From NCBI GenBank assembly GCA_002345825.1, contig DDWD01000212.1:3778-67777 (forward strand): a DNA stretch of 64,000 bases, given 5' to 3'. The first letter of the stretch is position 1. Each line of letters begins with the position of its first letter. Source of the DNA: Bacteroidales bacterium UBA2295 (GTDB lineage Bacteria > Bacteroidota > Bacteroidia > Bacteroidales > Tenuifilaceae). Position numbers and translations under genes: made by a program. The notes under the pieces were generated by a model, which was given only the letters and a program-made list of their open reading frames with translations, was not told the origin of the DNA and made no database searches. Shown here in pieces: positions 7,048 to 17,363 of the stretch.

Positions 7048-8826
7048 ATGGCAAGCATAAAACCCAAGCTAAAAAAGATTTCCATATTTCTGATTGCAAC
7101 AATCGTTGTTATTGGCACCTTCTCCTTCAGCTCAGTCGATTTTAAAGTATCCAAAAGTCTCGACACTTTCTTCTCCTTTTTTAGGGAAGTTAGTATTTTT
7201 TATGTGGATAAACCCGACCCAGAAAAACTAGTTAAGGTTGCCATAGACGCCATGCTTGAATCGCTCGATCCGTATAACGAATTTATCCCAGAGGAAAACA
7301 AAGCAGAGCTTGAGTTCCAAACCACAGGCGAGTACGGAGGGATGGGGGCACTAATAAGGCAAAGCACCGACCATCCGATTATTGCTGAAGTATATGAGGG
7401 TAGCCCAGCTCACAACGCAGGTCTTTTGGCAGGTGATAAAATCCTTGAAATAAATGGCACCAGCGTTTTCAACCTTCCGGTTGATAGGGTTAGCAAAATG
7501 CTCAAGGGGATTCCAAAATCTGACATAGAGCTAATAGTACAACGATACTCCGAGCCCGACTCATTGAAATACTCCTTTAAGCGCGACAAGATACATATCC
7601 CCAGCGTTCCATATCACGGAATGGTTTCCGATGGAATGGGGTATATCCGACTCTCAAACTTTACGGCAAACTGCCACAAAGAGGTTGAAAGTGCGCTTAA
7701 AGACTTAAATAGGAACAACGCTCAGGGCATAATTTTAGACCTGCGAGGAAACCCCGGTGGCCTGCTTAACGAAGCTGTAAGCATAGTTAATCTCTTTGTT
7801 GCAAAAGACGAGCTAGTGGTTTACACTCGTGGACAAATTAAAGAGTTCGACCAGGAATATAAAACAACTTCTCGACCCGTAGACACCAAGATTCCTCTAG
7901 TTGTTTTGGTGGATAGAATTTCGGCATCGGCATCTGAGATTGTGGCAGGAGCGCTTCAGGATTTAGACCGAGCCATAATTATTGGCGAAAGAACTTTTGG
8001 CAAAGGGCTTGTACAGGCAACCCGACCTTTACCCTATAATGCTCAACTGAAAATAACTACAGCCAAATATTACATCCCAAGCGGCAGGTGTATTCAAGCA
8101 GTTGACTTCACGCAAAGAGCTGACGATGGAAGCATAAGCTTTATTCCCGACTCCTTAATATCAGAATTCAAAACCCGCAACGGAAGAACTGTCCGCGATG
8201 GCGGAGGAATTACACCCGACATCGAACATTCAGTATCGATGTATAGCCGATTATCGTCGGTACTTTATGCCCGAAATTTACTTTTCGATTATGCCACACG
8301 TTTCTACTCAAAGCACAACACCATTGAAAGCCCTAACGAATTTGCCCTTAACGATGAGCAATACGATGATTTTATAGCCTTCCTTAACGAATTAGGCTTT
8401 GAGTACGAAAGCCAAACCGAATCGGTTCTCAACGAGCTGGTTAAAGTATCGGAGCAAGAAAAATACTACGATATGATTCAGTCGCTTACCGATAGCTTGA
8501 AGGCCCAGATAAAGGGAAAAGAGGTTGTGGAGATGGAGGCCTTTAAACCCGAAATAAAGAAATTGCTCGAAGAGGAAATAATTGGCAGATACTACCTTCA
8601 ACGGGGTAAAGCCAAGTACGGGATTACAAACGATATGATTATTCCAAAATCAGTAGATATTTTAAAAAACATCGACAAGTATACCTCCATACTAGTTGAA
8701 CCGCAAAGCGATACCGATTTGGGCGAACAGGTAAGCAGCAATTACCCTAGCATGGGTAATAGCTCAACAATCAACAGGAATATGCTGGTTTTCAACCCAG
8801 AGCATTCAATGCAGCTACCAAGTTAG
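7048..8826 (+). CDS. Carboxy-terminal processing peptidase (S41 family) with PDZ domain
   Basis: PDZ segment (EGSPAHNAGLLAGDKILEINGTSV), LDLRGNPGGLL, catalytic Ser region DRISASASEIVAGALQD, and GERTFGKGLVQ. N-terminal TM anchor. Start moved to ATG 7048. Confidence 0.9.
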   Translation: MASIKPKLKKISIFLIATIVVIGTFSFSSVDFKVSKSLDTFFSFFREVSIFYVDKPDPEKLVKVAIDAMLESLDPYNEFIPEENKAELEFQTTGEYGGMGALIRQSTDHPIIAEVYEGSPAHNAGLLAGDKILEINGTSVFNLPVDRVSKMLKGIPKSDIELIVQRYSEPDSLKYSFKRDKIHIPSVPYHGMVSDGMGYIRLSNFTANCHKEVESALKDLNRNNAQGIILDLRGNPGGLLNEAVSIVNLFVAKDELVVYTRGQIKEFDQEYKTTSRPVDTKIPLVVLVDRISASASEIVAGALQDLDRAIIIGERTFGKGLVQATRPLPYNAQLKITTAKYYIPSGRCIQAVDFTQRADDGSISFIPDSLISEFKTRNGRTVRDGGGITPDIEHSVSMYSRLSSVLYARNLLFDYATRFYSKHNTIESPNEFALNDEQYDDFIAFLNELGFEYESQTESVLNELVKVSEQEKYYDMIQSLTDSLKAQIKGKEVVEMEAFKPEIKKLLEEEIIGRYYLQRGKAKYGITNDMIIPKSVDILKNIDKYTSILVEPQSDTDLGEQVSSNYPSMGNSSTINRNMLVFNPEHSMQLPS

Positions 8827-8844
8827 TAGGCTTTTCTTTTTGAT

Positions 8845-10023
8845 TTAGGCGTGCGATTTGCGGAGTACGATTCGGAATGTTGTTCCCTTGTCAATCTCCG
8901 ATCCGTTCACGAATAGTTTACCGTTGTGGTACACTTCAATAATCCTTTTTGATAGGGTTAACCCCAGTCCCCAACCTCGGCTTTTGGTAGTATAGCCGGG
9001 CTGAAAAACTGTTTTAAAGTGACTCCTAGGGATTCCTTTTCCGGTATCGGTAATATCAATAAAAACTACCTGCGTATTGTCAACTATTGATACCGACACC
9101 TCGCCGCTCGACTGAATAGCATCAACTGAGTTTCGGATAATATTCTCGATCACCCATTCGAATAGCGTTTCGTTAACCGGCACCAATATGGATTCGGTTT
9201 GATCAAAATTGATCACCAGCTGTATCTTGCTTGATATTCGATTGCGGATATATTCAACAGTGCTTGATATTGTTGCAACAATATCAAGTGTTTTAAGCGA
9301 TGGGGTTGAACCAATTTTCGAAAACCGATCTACTACCTTTTCGAGCCTTGAGATGTCTTTCTCGAAATGAGCCACCAGCTCCGGATCGGTGTCTGACTGG
9401 CGAATGAGTTCCAGCCAAGCCAAAAGCGATGAGGTTGGTGTACCGAGCTGATGCGCCGTTTCTTTGGCTAACCCAACCCATACCCGGTTTTGCTCGGCCT
9501 TTCGAGAATGGCTAAAAGCATAGTACGACACCAAAATAAAAAGAATTATAACTATAAGCTGAACGTATGGGTAGTATGTGAGCTTCACTAGGGTTGTACT
9601 ATCCTTATAGTACACAATATTCTTGCTGCCATCGATAAGGGTGACCACAATGGGTTCCTTTGACGATTTCATTTGAGCAAGCATTTTTTCGGCTCCCTCC
9701 TTGGTTTCCAACTTCGAGGGTTTGATGTTTCTATACGACAAGATATTGTCGTTCTCATCGGTAAGCAAAACCGGAACCGTAGTGTTATTCTGTAAAACCT
9801 CAAAAACAATGGTGAAGTTCTGGCTCGAGTCGGCCATATTGCTAATATGCGATATCTCTCGGATAGCCTCGGCCCACAGCTCAATCTTTTTACGCTCCTC
9901 GTGCGACAAATCCTGAACAAGGCTATTTGTAATGTATAGCGATGCAAATCCTATTAGAATTGCAACAACCAGAAGTAGTGCCTTCCACCTTTGTTTTGCC
10001 ACGTAAATTTCCAATGCCAGCAA
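8845..10023 (-). CDS. Sensor histidine kinase (orphan, two TM helices)
   Basis: H-box AHQLGTPTSSLLAWLEL, N box IIRNSVDA, G1 DTGKGI and G2 GWGLGL. No response regulator gene is adjacent. Confidence 0.85.
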   Translation of the reverse strand: MLALEIYVAKQRWKALLLVVAILIGFASLYITNSLVQDLSHEERKKIELWAEAIREISHISNMADSSQNFTIVFEVLQNNTTVPVLLTDENDNILSYRNIKPSKLETKEGAEKMLAQMKSSKEPIVVTLIDGSKNIVYYKDSTTLVKLTYYPYVQLIVIILFILVSYYAFSHSRKAEQNRVWVGLAKETAHQLGTPTSSLLAWLELIRQSDTDPELVAHFEKDISRLEKVVDRFSKIGSTPSLKTLDIVATISSTVEYIRNRISSKIQLVINFDQTESILVPVNETLFEWVIENIIRNSVDAIQSSGEVSVSIVDNTQVVFIDITDTGKGIPRSHFKTVFQPGYTTKSRGWGLGLTLSKRIIEVYHNGKLFVNGSEIDKGTTFRIVLRKSHA

Positions 10024-10086
10024 TCTTTAATGTAAAAACTCAAACTTAGTTTTAACCGATTTAGTATATCGGAGAGGTAAAAATAG

Positions 10087-12621
10087 TTAGTCCCACTCGA
10101 TGGTAAACTTTGTCGACTCCTCCTCTTTCTTCTTGTCTGTAGCAGGTACTTTTTTCGTAGTATCAACTCTAGTGGCTGGGATAAGGAATGAGAATTCATC
10201 ACGAAGGATTGCCCGCAAATTAAGCCCCTCACTCCGTAGGTTTTGCCTAAAAGCATCGCGGGCACTGGCCTTATCGTACGATACGGTATAATCATTGCTA
10301 TCGCCCTCGAGCTTAAGGTATAGCTTAACCCTTCCGCTTCCATCGTCCTCAACCTCACCAAAAGGGTCGTTTTGGGCTTTTTGGCGCATACTCTTGCTTA
10401 AAAGCACATCCGACAGGTACAGCTGGGTTCTGTACCGATAAGCTCCGCTAAAGGTATGTGTTCCCGAAACTTTCAGGTCAATGGCCGAAGAGCTTATGTC
10501 CATCTCAGGGATAATAATTACACTATCGGTTATTCTTAGGGTATTCTCGAGAGTTGAAAACTTTATGTCCATAAGGTCTTCCAATTCGATAAATCGAGAC
10601 AGACTCTTTAGCTGGTCAAGATTAACCAACCGGCCATTGCTCACCTTCACATCAGCCCTAGCGTCAATCTGGTCTGCCACCAATGCTCCATCGCTATATG
10701 GTACCGATAACTGTATGGATCCATTAAGGTTGCCAAAAACATTATCGCTGGTAATCACACCCTGACCAAAATTGTTGAAAGATTTAAAGAGCATGTTGAT
10801 GTCAATACCATCGGCATCCAAATCGGCGGAGAATACATTTAAATTGTTATCATCGTATGAGGAGCTGAATTTCCCAGTAAGCAAGCCACCGCATGATCGT
10901 GCTAGGAAACTATTGCAGTAAAAACTGTTTCCGTGTGTTGAGAAACTTGCGCTAAGTGGAGTTGCAACAAACTGGTTGTGCACCAACCTATCGATGAACA
11001 CATCGCCTGTAACGGTTTGAATCCGATCCCAAGTTGTTTCCTTTGGCTCATCGGACGATACTGAAGACCGTTTCAAAGTCAACCAGTTGGTATTTAATGA
11101 ATCGATAGTTATGCTGGTGTTAATAGATGTTTTCTGGTCGCCAAAAACAATGGCTGAGGCATTGCTTGCCTGAAAATCGGCTGTGAATTTTGATCCATGC
11201 ATCAAGCCAAAAATACTTGCACTACTAATATCCTGATTGTTTATTTTTATTTGTCCCCCAATGGACTTTAGGTCAGGAATCAATCCAACCTCCTCAAAAT
11301 CTAGATTACTTAGCTCAAGGGAAGAATAAAATTTGGAATCTTCGAACGATTTTAGCGAAATGCTACCCAAATCGTCGAGCAAACCCAACACTTCAAGGTT
11401 ACCCGAAATCTGGCCCGATTTAATGGGAGCCTTCACGCCCCAGTTCAAAATATCGGGAATATTAAGCCAATGAGTTACTTTAAGATGATATAATGGGCTA
11501 TTAAGATTTTTGAACCGAAGGCTTCCGCTTACCGTTGAAACGCCGGTGCTAAACTCGATGTTTGACAAGAAAACCTCTGATGATTGGGGCTTACCCTGTT
11601 GCCCGTTATTAAACTTACCCACTATCTTGCTAAAGATTAGCTCGGGTTTATTGGGTAGCTGAACCGTAAGCCCATTGGACTGAAACTCTAGGTTTAGCAG
11701 ATATGGTTCCTCCATTTTGGTGAGCCCATCAACAGCCAGCGTAAAAGCAACATTACCTTTGGTTTTGGTGTTGTGGGGCAAAGCAATATTGTGCTGCGAT
11801 AAGAAGGAGATCAGGTGTTCAATATCGAAATTTTCGCCGCTAACGGAAACCCACACAGGCGCTCCTTTTTCCCTGCCTATATTTCCCGAAAGGGTAAGTT
11901 TGCTCCGCCCCAAACTCCCAGTGCTAGGCCATACTTCAATTTGATTATCGTTAATAAGGAACTGAGTCTCTAGAGTGGCTCTCTGATTCTGTATGTAATA
12001 AAACGCTCCCTGTCGCAAAACACCAATTGACGCTTTAACACTAGTGTTAAGGAGTATTTGCTGTGCCGACAACTGGCCATTGAGCGCTGCATTATCGATT
12101 AGCCCCTTGAAAATCCATCCTGTTCTCAAATCGATGTAGCTGAGGTTAATGTTCTCCAGCCGAAACTCCTGAAGACTAAACAGCCAACCATTGCTTTGAT
12201 CTTGCCCTTTCTCAAAAATTTCAAAGTTTCCTTTCCCTCTTGTGTCGAAGTAGAGATTTAACCATCCGTTGCGTAGGATAACCTTCTCGAAAGTGTACTC
12301 ACTTTTAAGTAGTCCCAATAGCCCCATTCGAATAGATACCTCGTCAATAGATAAAAGCCCTGGCTCAAGCTCTGGTGGGGTATCTAAACTTCCCTCAAAA
12401 ATCTCAACCCCTTTTAAATCAACCGAAACAAAAGGAAATCCTTTTAGCATCGACACGTCGACGGATTTAACCTTTAGCTCTGCCTTAATCTGCTTATTCA
12501 AGTAGTTCAGGGTACTTTCCGTTAGCTTATCCTTAAGGAAATAACCAGCAATAGCTAGGCTCAGGATAAAAGCTAGCAAAAAGGAAACGATAACGAGGAA
12601 TATTTTTAATGCTATACGCAT
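10087..12621 (-). CDS. AsmA/TamB-like large envelope protein
   Basis: 844 aa with a single N-terminal membrane anchor followed by a long beta-rich region. Assigned from architecture only. Confidence 0.55.
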   Translation of the reverse strand: MRIALKIFLVIVSFLLAFILSLAIAGYFLKDKLTESTLNYLNKQIKAELKVKSVDVSMLKGFPFVSVDLKGVEIFEGSLDTPPELEPGLLSIDEVSIRMGLLGLLKSEYTFEKVILRNGWLNLYFDTRGKGNFEIFEKGQDQSNGWLFSLQEFRLENINLSYIDLRTGWIFKGLIDNAALNGQLSAQQILLNTSVKASIGVLRQGAFYYIQNQRATLETQFLINDNQIEVWPSTGSLGRSKLTLSGNIGREKGAPVWVSVSGENFDIEHLISFLSQHNIALPHNTKTKGNVAFTLAVDGLTKMEEPYLLNLEFQSNGLTVQLPNKPELIFSKIVGKFNNGQQGKPQSSEVFLSNIEFSTGVSTVSGSLRFKNLNSPLYHLKVTHWLNIPDILNWGVKAPIKSGQISGNLEVLGLLDDLGSISLKSFEDSKFYSSLELSNLDFEEVGLIPDLKSIGGQIKINNQDISSASIFGLMHGSKFTADFQASNASAIVFGDQKTSINTSITIDSLNTNWLTLKRSSVSSDEPKETTWDRIQTVTGDVFIDRLVHNQFVATPLSASFSTHGNSFYCNSFLARSCGGLLTGKFSSSYDDNNLNVFSADLDADGIDINMLFKSFNNFGQGVITSDNVFGNLNGSIQLSVPYSDGALVADQIDARADVKVSNGRLVNLDQLKSLSRFIELEDLMDIKFSTLENTLRITDSVIIIPEMDISSSAIDLKVSGTHTFSGAYRYRTQLYLSDVLLSKSMRQKAQNDPFGEVEDDGSGRVKLYLKLEGDSNDYTVSYDKASARDAFRQNLRSEGLNLRAILRDEFSFLIPATRVDTTKKVPATDKKKEEESTKFTIEWD

Positions 12622-12867
12622 ATAACAAAAATATGGCGGTTATATCTACAAAAACAAAGGATAATAAGAGTTGCTTTTCTCAAAATTAGAGAAATGGAAT
12701 ATATCTCCTTACGCTCCACAAACATAAGACAAAAACCTATGTTTTAAAAGCTTGTTACGCTGTTTTTATTTGCGCACATTGGAAATAGTTTGTTAAAACA
12801 ATTTTACCTCAATTTATTGGTTTTTTCGATTTTTAGTAAAAACATCAACTACTTAAAAAGCATTGGT

Positions 12868-12875
12868 TAAATTTG
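12868..12875 (+). promoter_or_regulatory. -7 promoter box TAAATTTG
   Basis: TAnnTTTG match 31 nt upstream of ATG 12906. Confidence 0.45.
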
Positions 12876-12905
12876 TATTTCATTTGTTGCCTAATCTGCT
12901 GAAAA

Positions 12906-14939
12906 ATGAAGCTGATAAAAACATTACTTGTTACGCTTTTCATCTCTTCAACATTTTCCGTACTCGGGAACAATAGTCAGCAGATTGATAGCCTCCTTAC
13001 CATATTGGAAACGCAAAGAGATTCGTCTCGAATACCCACCCTACTGGCAATAACCTGGAACTTGCGGAACTCTAACCCCGAGCAAGCAGTAACCTTTGGC
13101 CTTGAAGCTATAGAACTATCAGAAAAATACAGTGATTTTAAAAATTTAGCCAAAGCACATAGCTTTGTGGGAGTTGCCTTCCGGGTGATGGGAAAGTATT
13201 CCAAATCCATCGACTTTTATTTCAACGGTTTAGATATTGCTAAGGAGTATGGTATAACCGAGCAAGAGGGATATGCCTACCTTAACCTTGCCAACCTTTA
13301 CATCTATCAGGAGTACTGCAACAACGCAATTGAAAATCTAAAAAAAGCCGAGGAGATAGCCCTAGGTATCCAAAGCAAATCGATGCTATCCTACGTATAT
13401 CTGTATTTTGGCAGGGCACTTGTAATCAAGGAGGAGCTTGCAAACGCACTTGATTACTTCCAAAGAGCACTCGACTTACGCAAAGAGCTCAACAAGCTTC
13501 CCGAACAGGCTGTTTGCTACAAGTATATTGGCGATGTATACCTAAGTATGCATAACCTAAATTCTGCCACAACGAGCTATAACCAATCGCTGGCTGTAAT
13601 TGATAGTGATGCGGATAAAAGCCTGTATGCCGATTTACTTGAGAGGAAATCTTTAATTTCTTTTCAGCAAAACGATATGGTTAGTGCCCTAAAGCTGGCC
13701 AAACAAAGCGTGAGCATTGCCACCGAAATTGGCGCTATTTATACAGTTCGAAACGCCACCCAAACCTTAGCCAATATTGCCAAAAACAAAAAAGAGTTTA
13801 GCAAAGCCACCAAACAATTTGAAAAAATAATTGATTACAACAATCAACTTTTCGGACAACAGCTATCAGAGAAAATTTTTTTTCTGGAGTACCAGCTTGA
13901 ACGTCAACAAAAGGAAAGCGAAATAGAAATGCTGAACAAGGATAGCATCATCAAGAAATTTGAGCTAAGCAAGGCCAAATCGTACAATGTAACCCTTCTC
14001 ATAATTGCTGCTATTTTTCTGATACTCTTTTTCATAACGCTTTACTTGCTAAAGATTCGACAAAAGCGGTCAGCAATTCTTGAGAAGCAAAATATGGAAA
14101 TAGTTTCCCAGCGGCACAATATCGAACAAAAAAACTCGCACCTGCAAAGCGCCTACTCGGTTATTGAGGGTTACATTAGCAAAATTACCGATAGCATACA
14201 GTACGCCAAAAAAATTCAGGAAGCAATACTCCCTAATTCCAGCAGCCTTAATGCATACTTCGCCGAGAGCTATTGCTACTACCTACCAAAAGATTTTGTT
14301 AGCGGAGACTTTTACTGGATAACAACCAAAGGAGATTTGCTTTATGTTGCAGTTGCCGATTGCACCGGGCATGGAGTTCCTGGTGCCTTTATGAGCATTA
14401 TTGGTATGGATTTGCTTAACCAAGCGGTGAACCAACAGAACATTAGTGAGCCCTCCAAGATCCTCGATTTTCTAAATACTGAACTGCGCAAGAAGCTGCG
14501 CAAGGACGCTCAGGAGGAACTTATTCTAAAAGATAGTATGGACATCGGCCTATTCTCGCACAAAAAGGGAAGCAACACTATTCAGTTCAGCGGGGCATTA
14601 GTTCCCCTTACCATTGTGCGCGATGGAAATCTTCAGGATTATAAAGCCCAATTCACGTCCATTGGCATTTCAAAAGAACTTTTCAATCGCCCATTTAAGC
14701 AGGAAGAGATAAAGATACAGCCAGGCGATTGGATATATTTGTTTTCCGATGGGTATATGGATCAGTTTGGAGGAAAGGAAAATCGCAAGTATATGCGGTC
14801 GAGGTTCTTCTCTACACTTGTTGAAATTAGCAACCTCAACAGCGATCTGCAAAAAGATGAGCTGGAAAAAAGATTCTACGATTGGAAAGGCAATAATGAG
14901 CAGATAGACGATGTTCTTGTTCTGGGTATAAAGGTGTAG
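12906..14939 (+). CDS. TPR-repeat / transmembrane / PP2C (SpoIIE-RsbU type) serine phosphatase
   Basis: Signal peptide, about 300 aa of TPR-like repeats, a coiled coil and one TM helix (VTLLIIAAIFLILFFITLYLL). The cytoplasmic PP2C motifs are VSGDFYW, VADCTGHGVPGAFMS and LFSDGYMDQ. Confidence 0.8.
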   Translation: MKLIKTLLVTLFISSTFSVLGNNSQQIDSLLTILETQRDSSRIPTLLAITWNLRNSNPEQAVTFGLEAIELSEKYSDFKNLAKAHSFVGVAFRVMGKYSKSIDFYFNGLDIAKEYGITEQEGYAYLNLANLYIYQEYCNNAIENLKKAEEIALGIQSKSMLSYVYLYFGRALVIKEELANALDYFQRALDLRKELNKLPEQAVCYKYIGDVYLSMHNLNSATTSYNQSLAVIDSDADKSLYADLLERKSLISFQQNDMVSALKLAKQSVSIATEIGAIYTVRNATQTLANIAKNKKEFSKATKQFEKIIDYNNQLFGQQLSEKIFFLEYQLERQQKESEIEMLNKDSIIKKFELSKAKSYNVTLLIIAAIFLILFFITLYLLKIRQKRSAILEKQNMEIVSQRHNIEQKNSHLQSAYSVIEGYISKITDSIQYAKKIQEAILPNSSSLNAYFAESYCYYLPKDFVSGDFYWITTKGDLLYVAVADCTGHGVPGAFMSIIGMDLLNQAVNQQNISEPSKILDFLNTELRKKLRKDAQEELILKDSMDIGLFSHKKGSNTIQFSGALVPLTIVRDGNLQDYKAQFTSIGISKELFNRPFKQEEIKIQPGDWIYLFSDGYMDQFGGKENRKYMRSRFFSTLVEISNLNSDLQKDELEKRFYDWKGNNEQIDDVLVLGIKV

Positions 14940-14945
14940 ATCATT

Positions 14946-16073
14946 ATGCGCTTCGGATTCGCTTCACTTATCGTTGCTATAATTACCTTTCCGTGGGCAC
15001 TATCGGCTCAGGTTAGGCAAATTGATCTACCTGAAAATTTGTACGCATTCACATTTCAGGAAGACTCATTCGGAAAGGTTTGGATTGGCCTTAGCGATGG
15101 CAACACATCTGGGGCTCTAGGATACTTCAACGACACCTCCTTTGTGCAGGTATCGGGAACCGAGGAATTGCCCAACGGATCATACCACGCTTCAATAAAA
15201 CTACCCGACGGTAGCCTTATGTTTGGGGGCAACCTGCTAGACCAGCAGGGCAAATCATTCATTGCCTGGATATTCTCGGAAAAACCCGACACCATTCATA
15301 TTCCGTATTCGCTCTACAATCCATTTATTAACTCATTCGCACTTATAAATAGGCACGAAATATGGATCGGAACGGGTAGCGGTTTACTCCGGAACAACCG
15401 AGGGCAATGGAGTCACTTCTCGGTCCAAGACGGGCTTCCCCATAATTTTATAACCTCAATTTATCAAGATTTTCGAGGAATAGTATGGATTGGGACGGAG
15501 GTTGGGGCAGCCTTTTTTGAGGACAACCAGTTTCACCAAATACCATCGGGTACAAGAATTATTAGCTCCATCACTCAATTTTTTGGCGATAACCGGGGAT
15601 ACGTTTGGTGCGGATCTCGCTATACTTCCGAAGGAATTAGCGTTTACAATGGCGAACTTTGGGAAACATTTTCGGGTCGTCATGGGCTAGTAGACAACTC
15701 CTCAAGCGTTTTTTTTCAAGCACCAGACGGAAAACTTTGGGTAGGCAGTTGCTACAACCGGTCGAGGGGTGGAGCCTCTGTGTTCGATGGCAGGCAATGG
15801 GCTGCATATAGCTCCGACGATATGCTGGCCAAGCCTTGTGTTGATGCCATAGCAGCAGACGGCAAAGGCCGTATTTGGCTTGGGGGCTCACTTACACCCC
15901 GCCGCGAAAAAGGAATAACAATATACTACGAGGGTAATTGGCACCAGATTGTTGATAACAAAGAGCTTCCCGCCGAAAGGATCTTAACCTTCTTTCTTGA
16001 TTCGAAGAATCGGTTCTGGATATCATCATTCGAAGGGCTATTTATCCTCGACCCCGATTTTGAAATTCCATAG
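14946..16073 (+). CDS. Secreted beta-propeller protein (two-component-regulator propeller type repeats)
   Basis: Signal peptide (..WALSAQ). WIGT/WVGS..GL repeats recur about every 45-50 aa (VWIGLSDG, IWIGTGSGL, VWIGTEVG, VWCGS, LWVGS, IWLGG, FWISSFEGL). Starts 6 nt after the PP2C gene. Confidence 0.6.
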   Translation: MRFGFASLIVAIITFPWALSAQVRQIDLPENLYAFTFQEDSFGKVWIGLSDGNTSGALGYFNDTSFVQVSGTEELPNGSYHASIKLPDGSLMFGGNLLDQQGKSFIAWIFSEKPDTIHIPYSLYNPFINSFALINRHEIWIGTGSGLLRNNRGQWSHFSVQDGLPHNFITSIYQDFRGIVWIGTEVGAAFFEDNQFHQIPSGTRIISSITQFFGDNRGYVWCGSRYTSEGISVYNGELWETFSGRHGLVDNSSSVFFQAPDGKLWVGSCYNRSRGGASVFDGRQWAAYSSDDMLAKPCVDAIAADGKGRIWLGGSLTPRREKGITIYYEGNWHQIVDNKELPAERILTFFLDSKNRFWISSFEGLFILDPDFEIP

Positions 16074-16125
16074 TCAAAAGCTCACGTAACAGCTTTAAAA
16101 TTGATAGATTTACATCCCCAAAAAG

Positions 16126-16845
16126 TTGAGCATATTGAACAACGTAGAGGAAAAAATCATAAAACACAGCGTTTTGCTCCCGGCACTATTTTTACTGGTG
16201 CTATGGCTTATTGCCATCACGGAACACACGTTAGATTTAAGTTTTCATCAGTTAGGAGTTTACCCCAGAAGCCTAATTGGTTTGCCCGGCATTATAATGT
16301 CTCCCTTTGTGCATGGCGACTTTAAACATCTCTTTGCCAACTCAGTACCTCTTTTCGTAATGGGTGCGGGTATTATCTACTTTTACCGATCGCTAAGCTA
16401 CAGGGTATTTCTGATTATTTGGATTGCCTCGGGAATCTGCTTGTGGATTGGGGGCAGGCCCAGCTACCACATTGGAGCCAGTGGTTTGGTTTACGGCATG
16501 GCTGCATTTCTATTTTTCAGTGGAGCCATTAGGCGCGATCCCCGATTAGCTGCTATATCACTAATTATAGTGTTTCTGTACGGCGGAATGGTGTGGGGAA
16601 TTTTCCCCATATGGCCCACCATTTCATGGGAGGGCCATTTATTTGGCGGCATTTCTGGGTTAGCCTGCGCAATTGCATATAGACACCATGGCCCCCAACG
16701 AAAAATTTACTCGTGGGAAATTGAGGAAGAAGAACCAGAAGTGGATGATGAGTTTAATCCCGAGAGTCAGCCTACATCGAGCCCAACCAATAACACAAGC
16801 ATCACACAAACAGATAGCGATATTCGGTATACGTCCAATAGTTAA
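16126..16845 (+). CDS. Rhomboid family intramembrane serine protease
   Basis: Catalytic Ser motif HIGASGLVYGM and His motif EGHLFGGISG, with 6 TM helices. Only a TTG start is available, so the start is uncertain. Confidence 0.85.
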   Translation: MSILNNVEEKIIKHSVLLPALFLLVLWLIAITEHTLDLSFHQLGVYPRSLIGLPGIIMSPFVHGDFKHLFANSVPLFVMGAGIIYFYRSLSYRVFLIIWIASGICLWIGGRPSYHIGASGLVYGMAAFLFFSGAIRRDPRLAAISLIIVFLYGGMVWGIFPIWPTISWEGHLFGGISGLACAIAYRHHGPQRKIYSWEIEEEEPEVDDEFNPESQPTSSPTNNTSITQTDSDIRYTSNS

Positions 16846-16892
16846 TAAATCAAAAAAAAACGCATTACTGACCTTTAGTTAATTTCATTTTA

Positions 16893-16900
16893 TATTTTTG
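16893..16900 (+). promoter_or_regulatory. -7 promoter box TATTTTTG
   Basis: TAnnTTTG match 41 nt upstream of ATG 16942, at the head of the bactofilin-atp gene string. Confidence 0.45.
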
Positions 16901-16941
16901 TCAGTTGTAATTGAAATCATTAACCCAAATATTTAAACAAC

Positions 16942-17352
16942 ATGGCAAAATATAACGAGAACGAAAACAACTCAAACAACATAAACCTTATCGGTTTAGG
17001 CACTGAGATCCACGGTGATATTATGAGCAATGGCGATTTGCGTATTGACGGAAGCCTTGTGGGTAATATTACAGCCAAAGGCAAAGTGGTAATTGGCGAA
17101 ACGGGTAAGATTAAGGGTGAAATTACTTGCAAGAATTGTGACGTATCGGGTGTTGTAGATGGTAAAATTATAGTTTCCGAACTTCTTTCACTAAAATCGA
17201 GTGCTAAAATTATTGGCGATATGGCAACCAGCCGATTGGCCATTGAGCCTGGCAGCCGTTTCACTGGCTACTGCGATATGACCAGCGAAAACGACGGAAA
17301 AGCAAAAAGTCCAGGATTTACAGCCCCAGCTAGCGACGACAAGAAAGCATAA
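16942..17352 (+). CDS. Bactofilin (polymer-forming cytoskeletal protein)
   Basis: Beta-helix repeat pattern: G..I.GDI.S.GDLRIDGSL.GNI.AKGKVVIGETGKIKGEI. Confidence 0.85.
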   Translation: MAKYNENENNSNNINLIGLGTEIHGDIMSNGDLRIDGSLVGNITAKGKVVIGETGKIKGEITCKNCDVSGVVDGKIIVSELLSLKSSAKIIGDMATSRLAIEPGSRFTGYCDMTSENDGKAKSPGFTAPASDDKKA

Positions 17353-17363
17353 AACCAATTCCT

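Noticed and set aside
8845-10023. Assigning the orphan histidine kinase as the T9SS regulator PorY
   Set aside because: Size and topology fit, but I cannot verify orthology without a search, and no PorX-like regulator or T9SS component gene is adjacent. I kept it as a generic sensor kinase.
16101-16325. 74-aa ORF overlapping the start of the rhomboid gene in another frame
   Set aside because: The rhomboid frame continues into unmistakable catalytic motifs. The alternative frame is basic, low-complexity sequence with no support.
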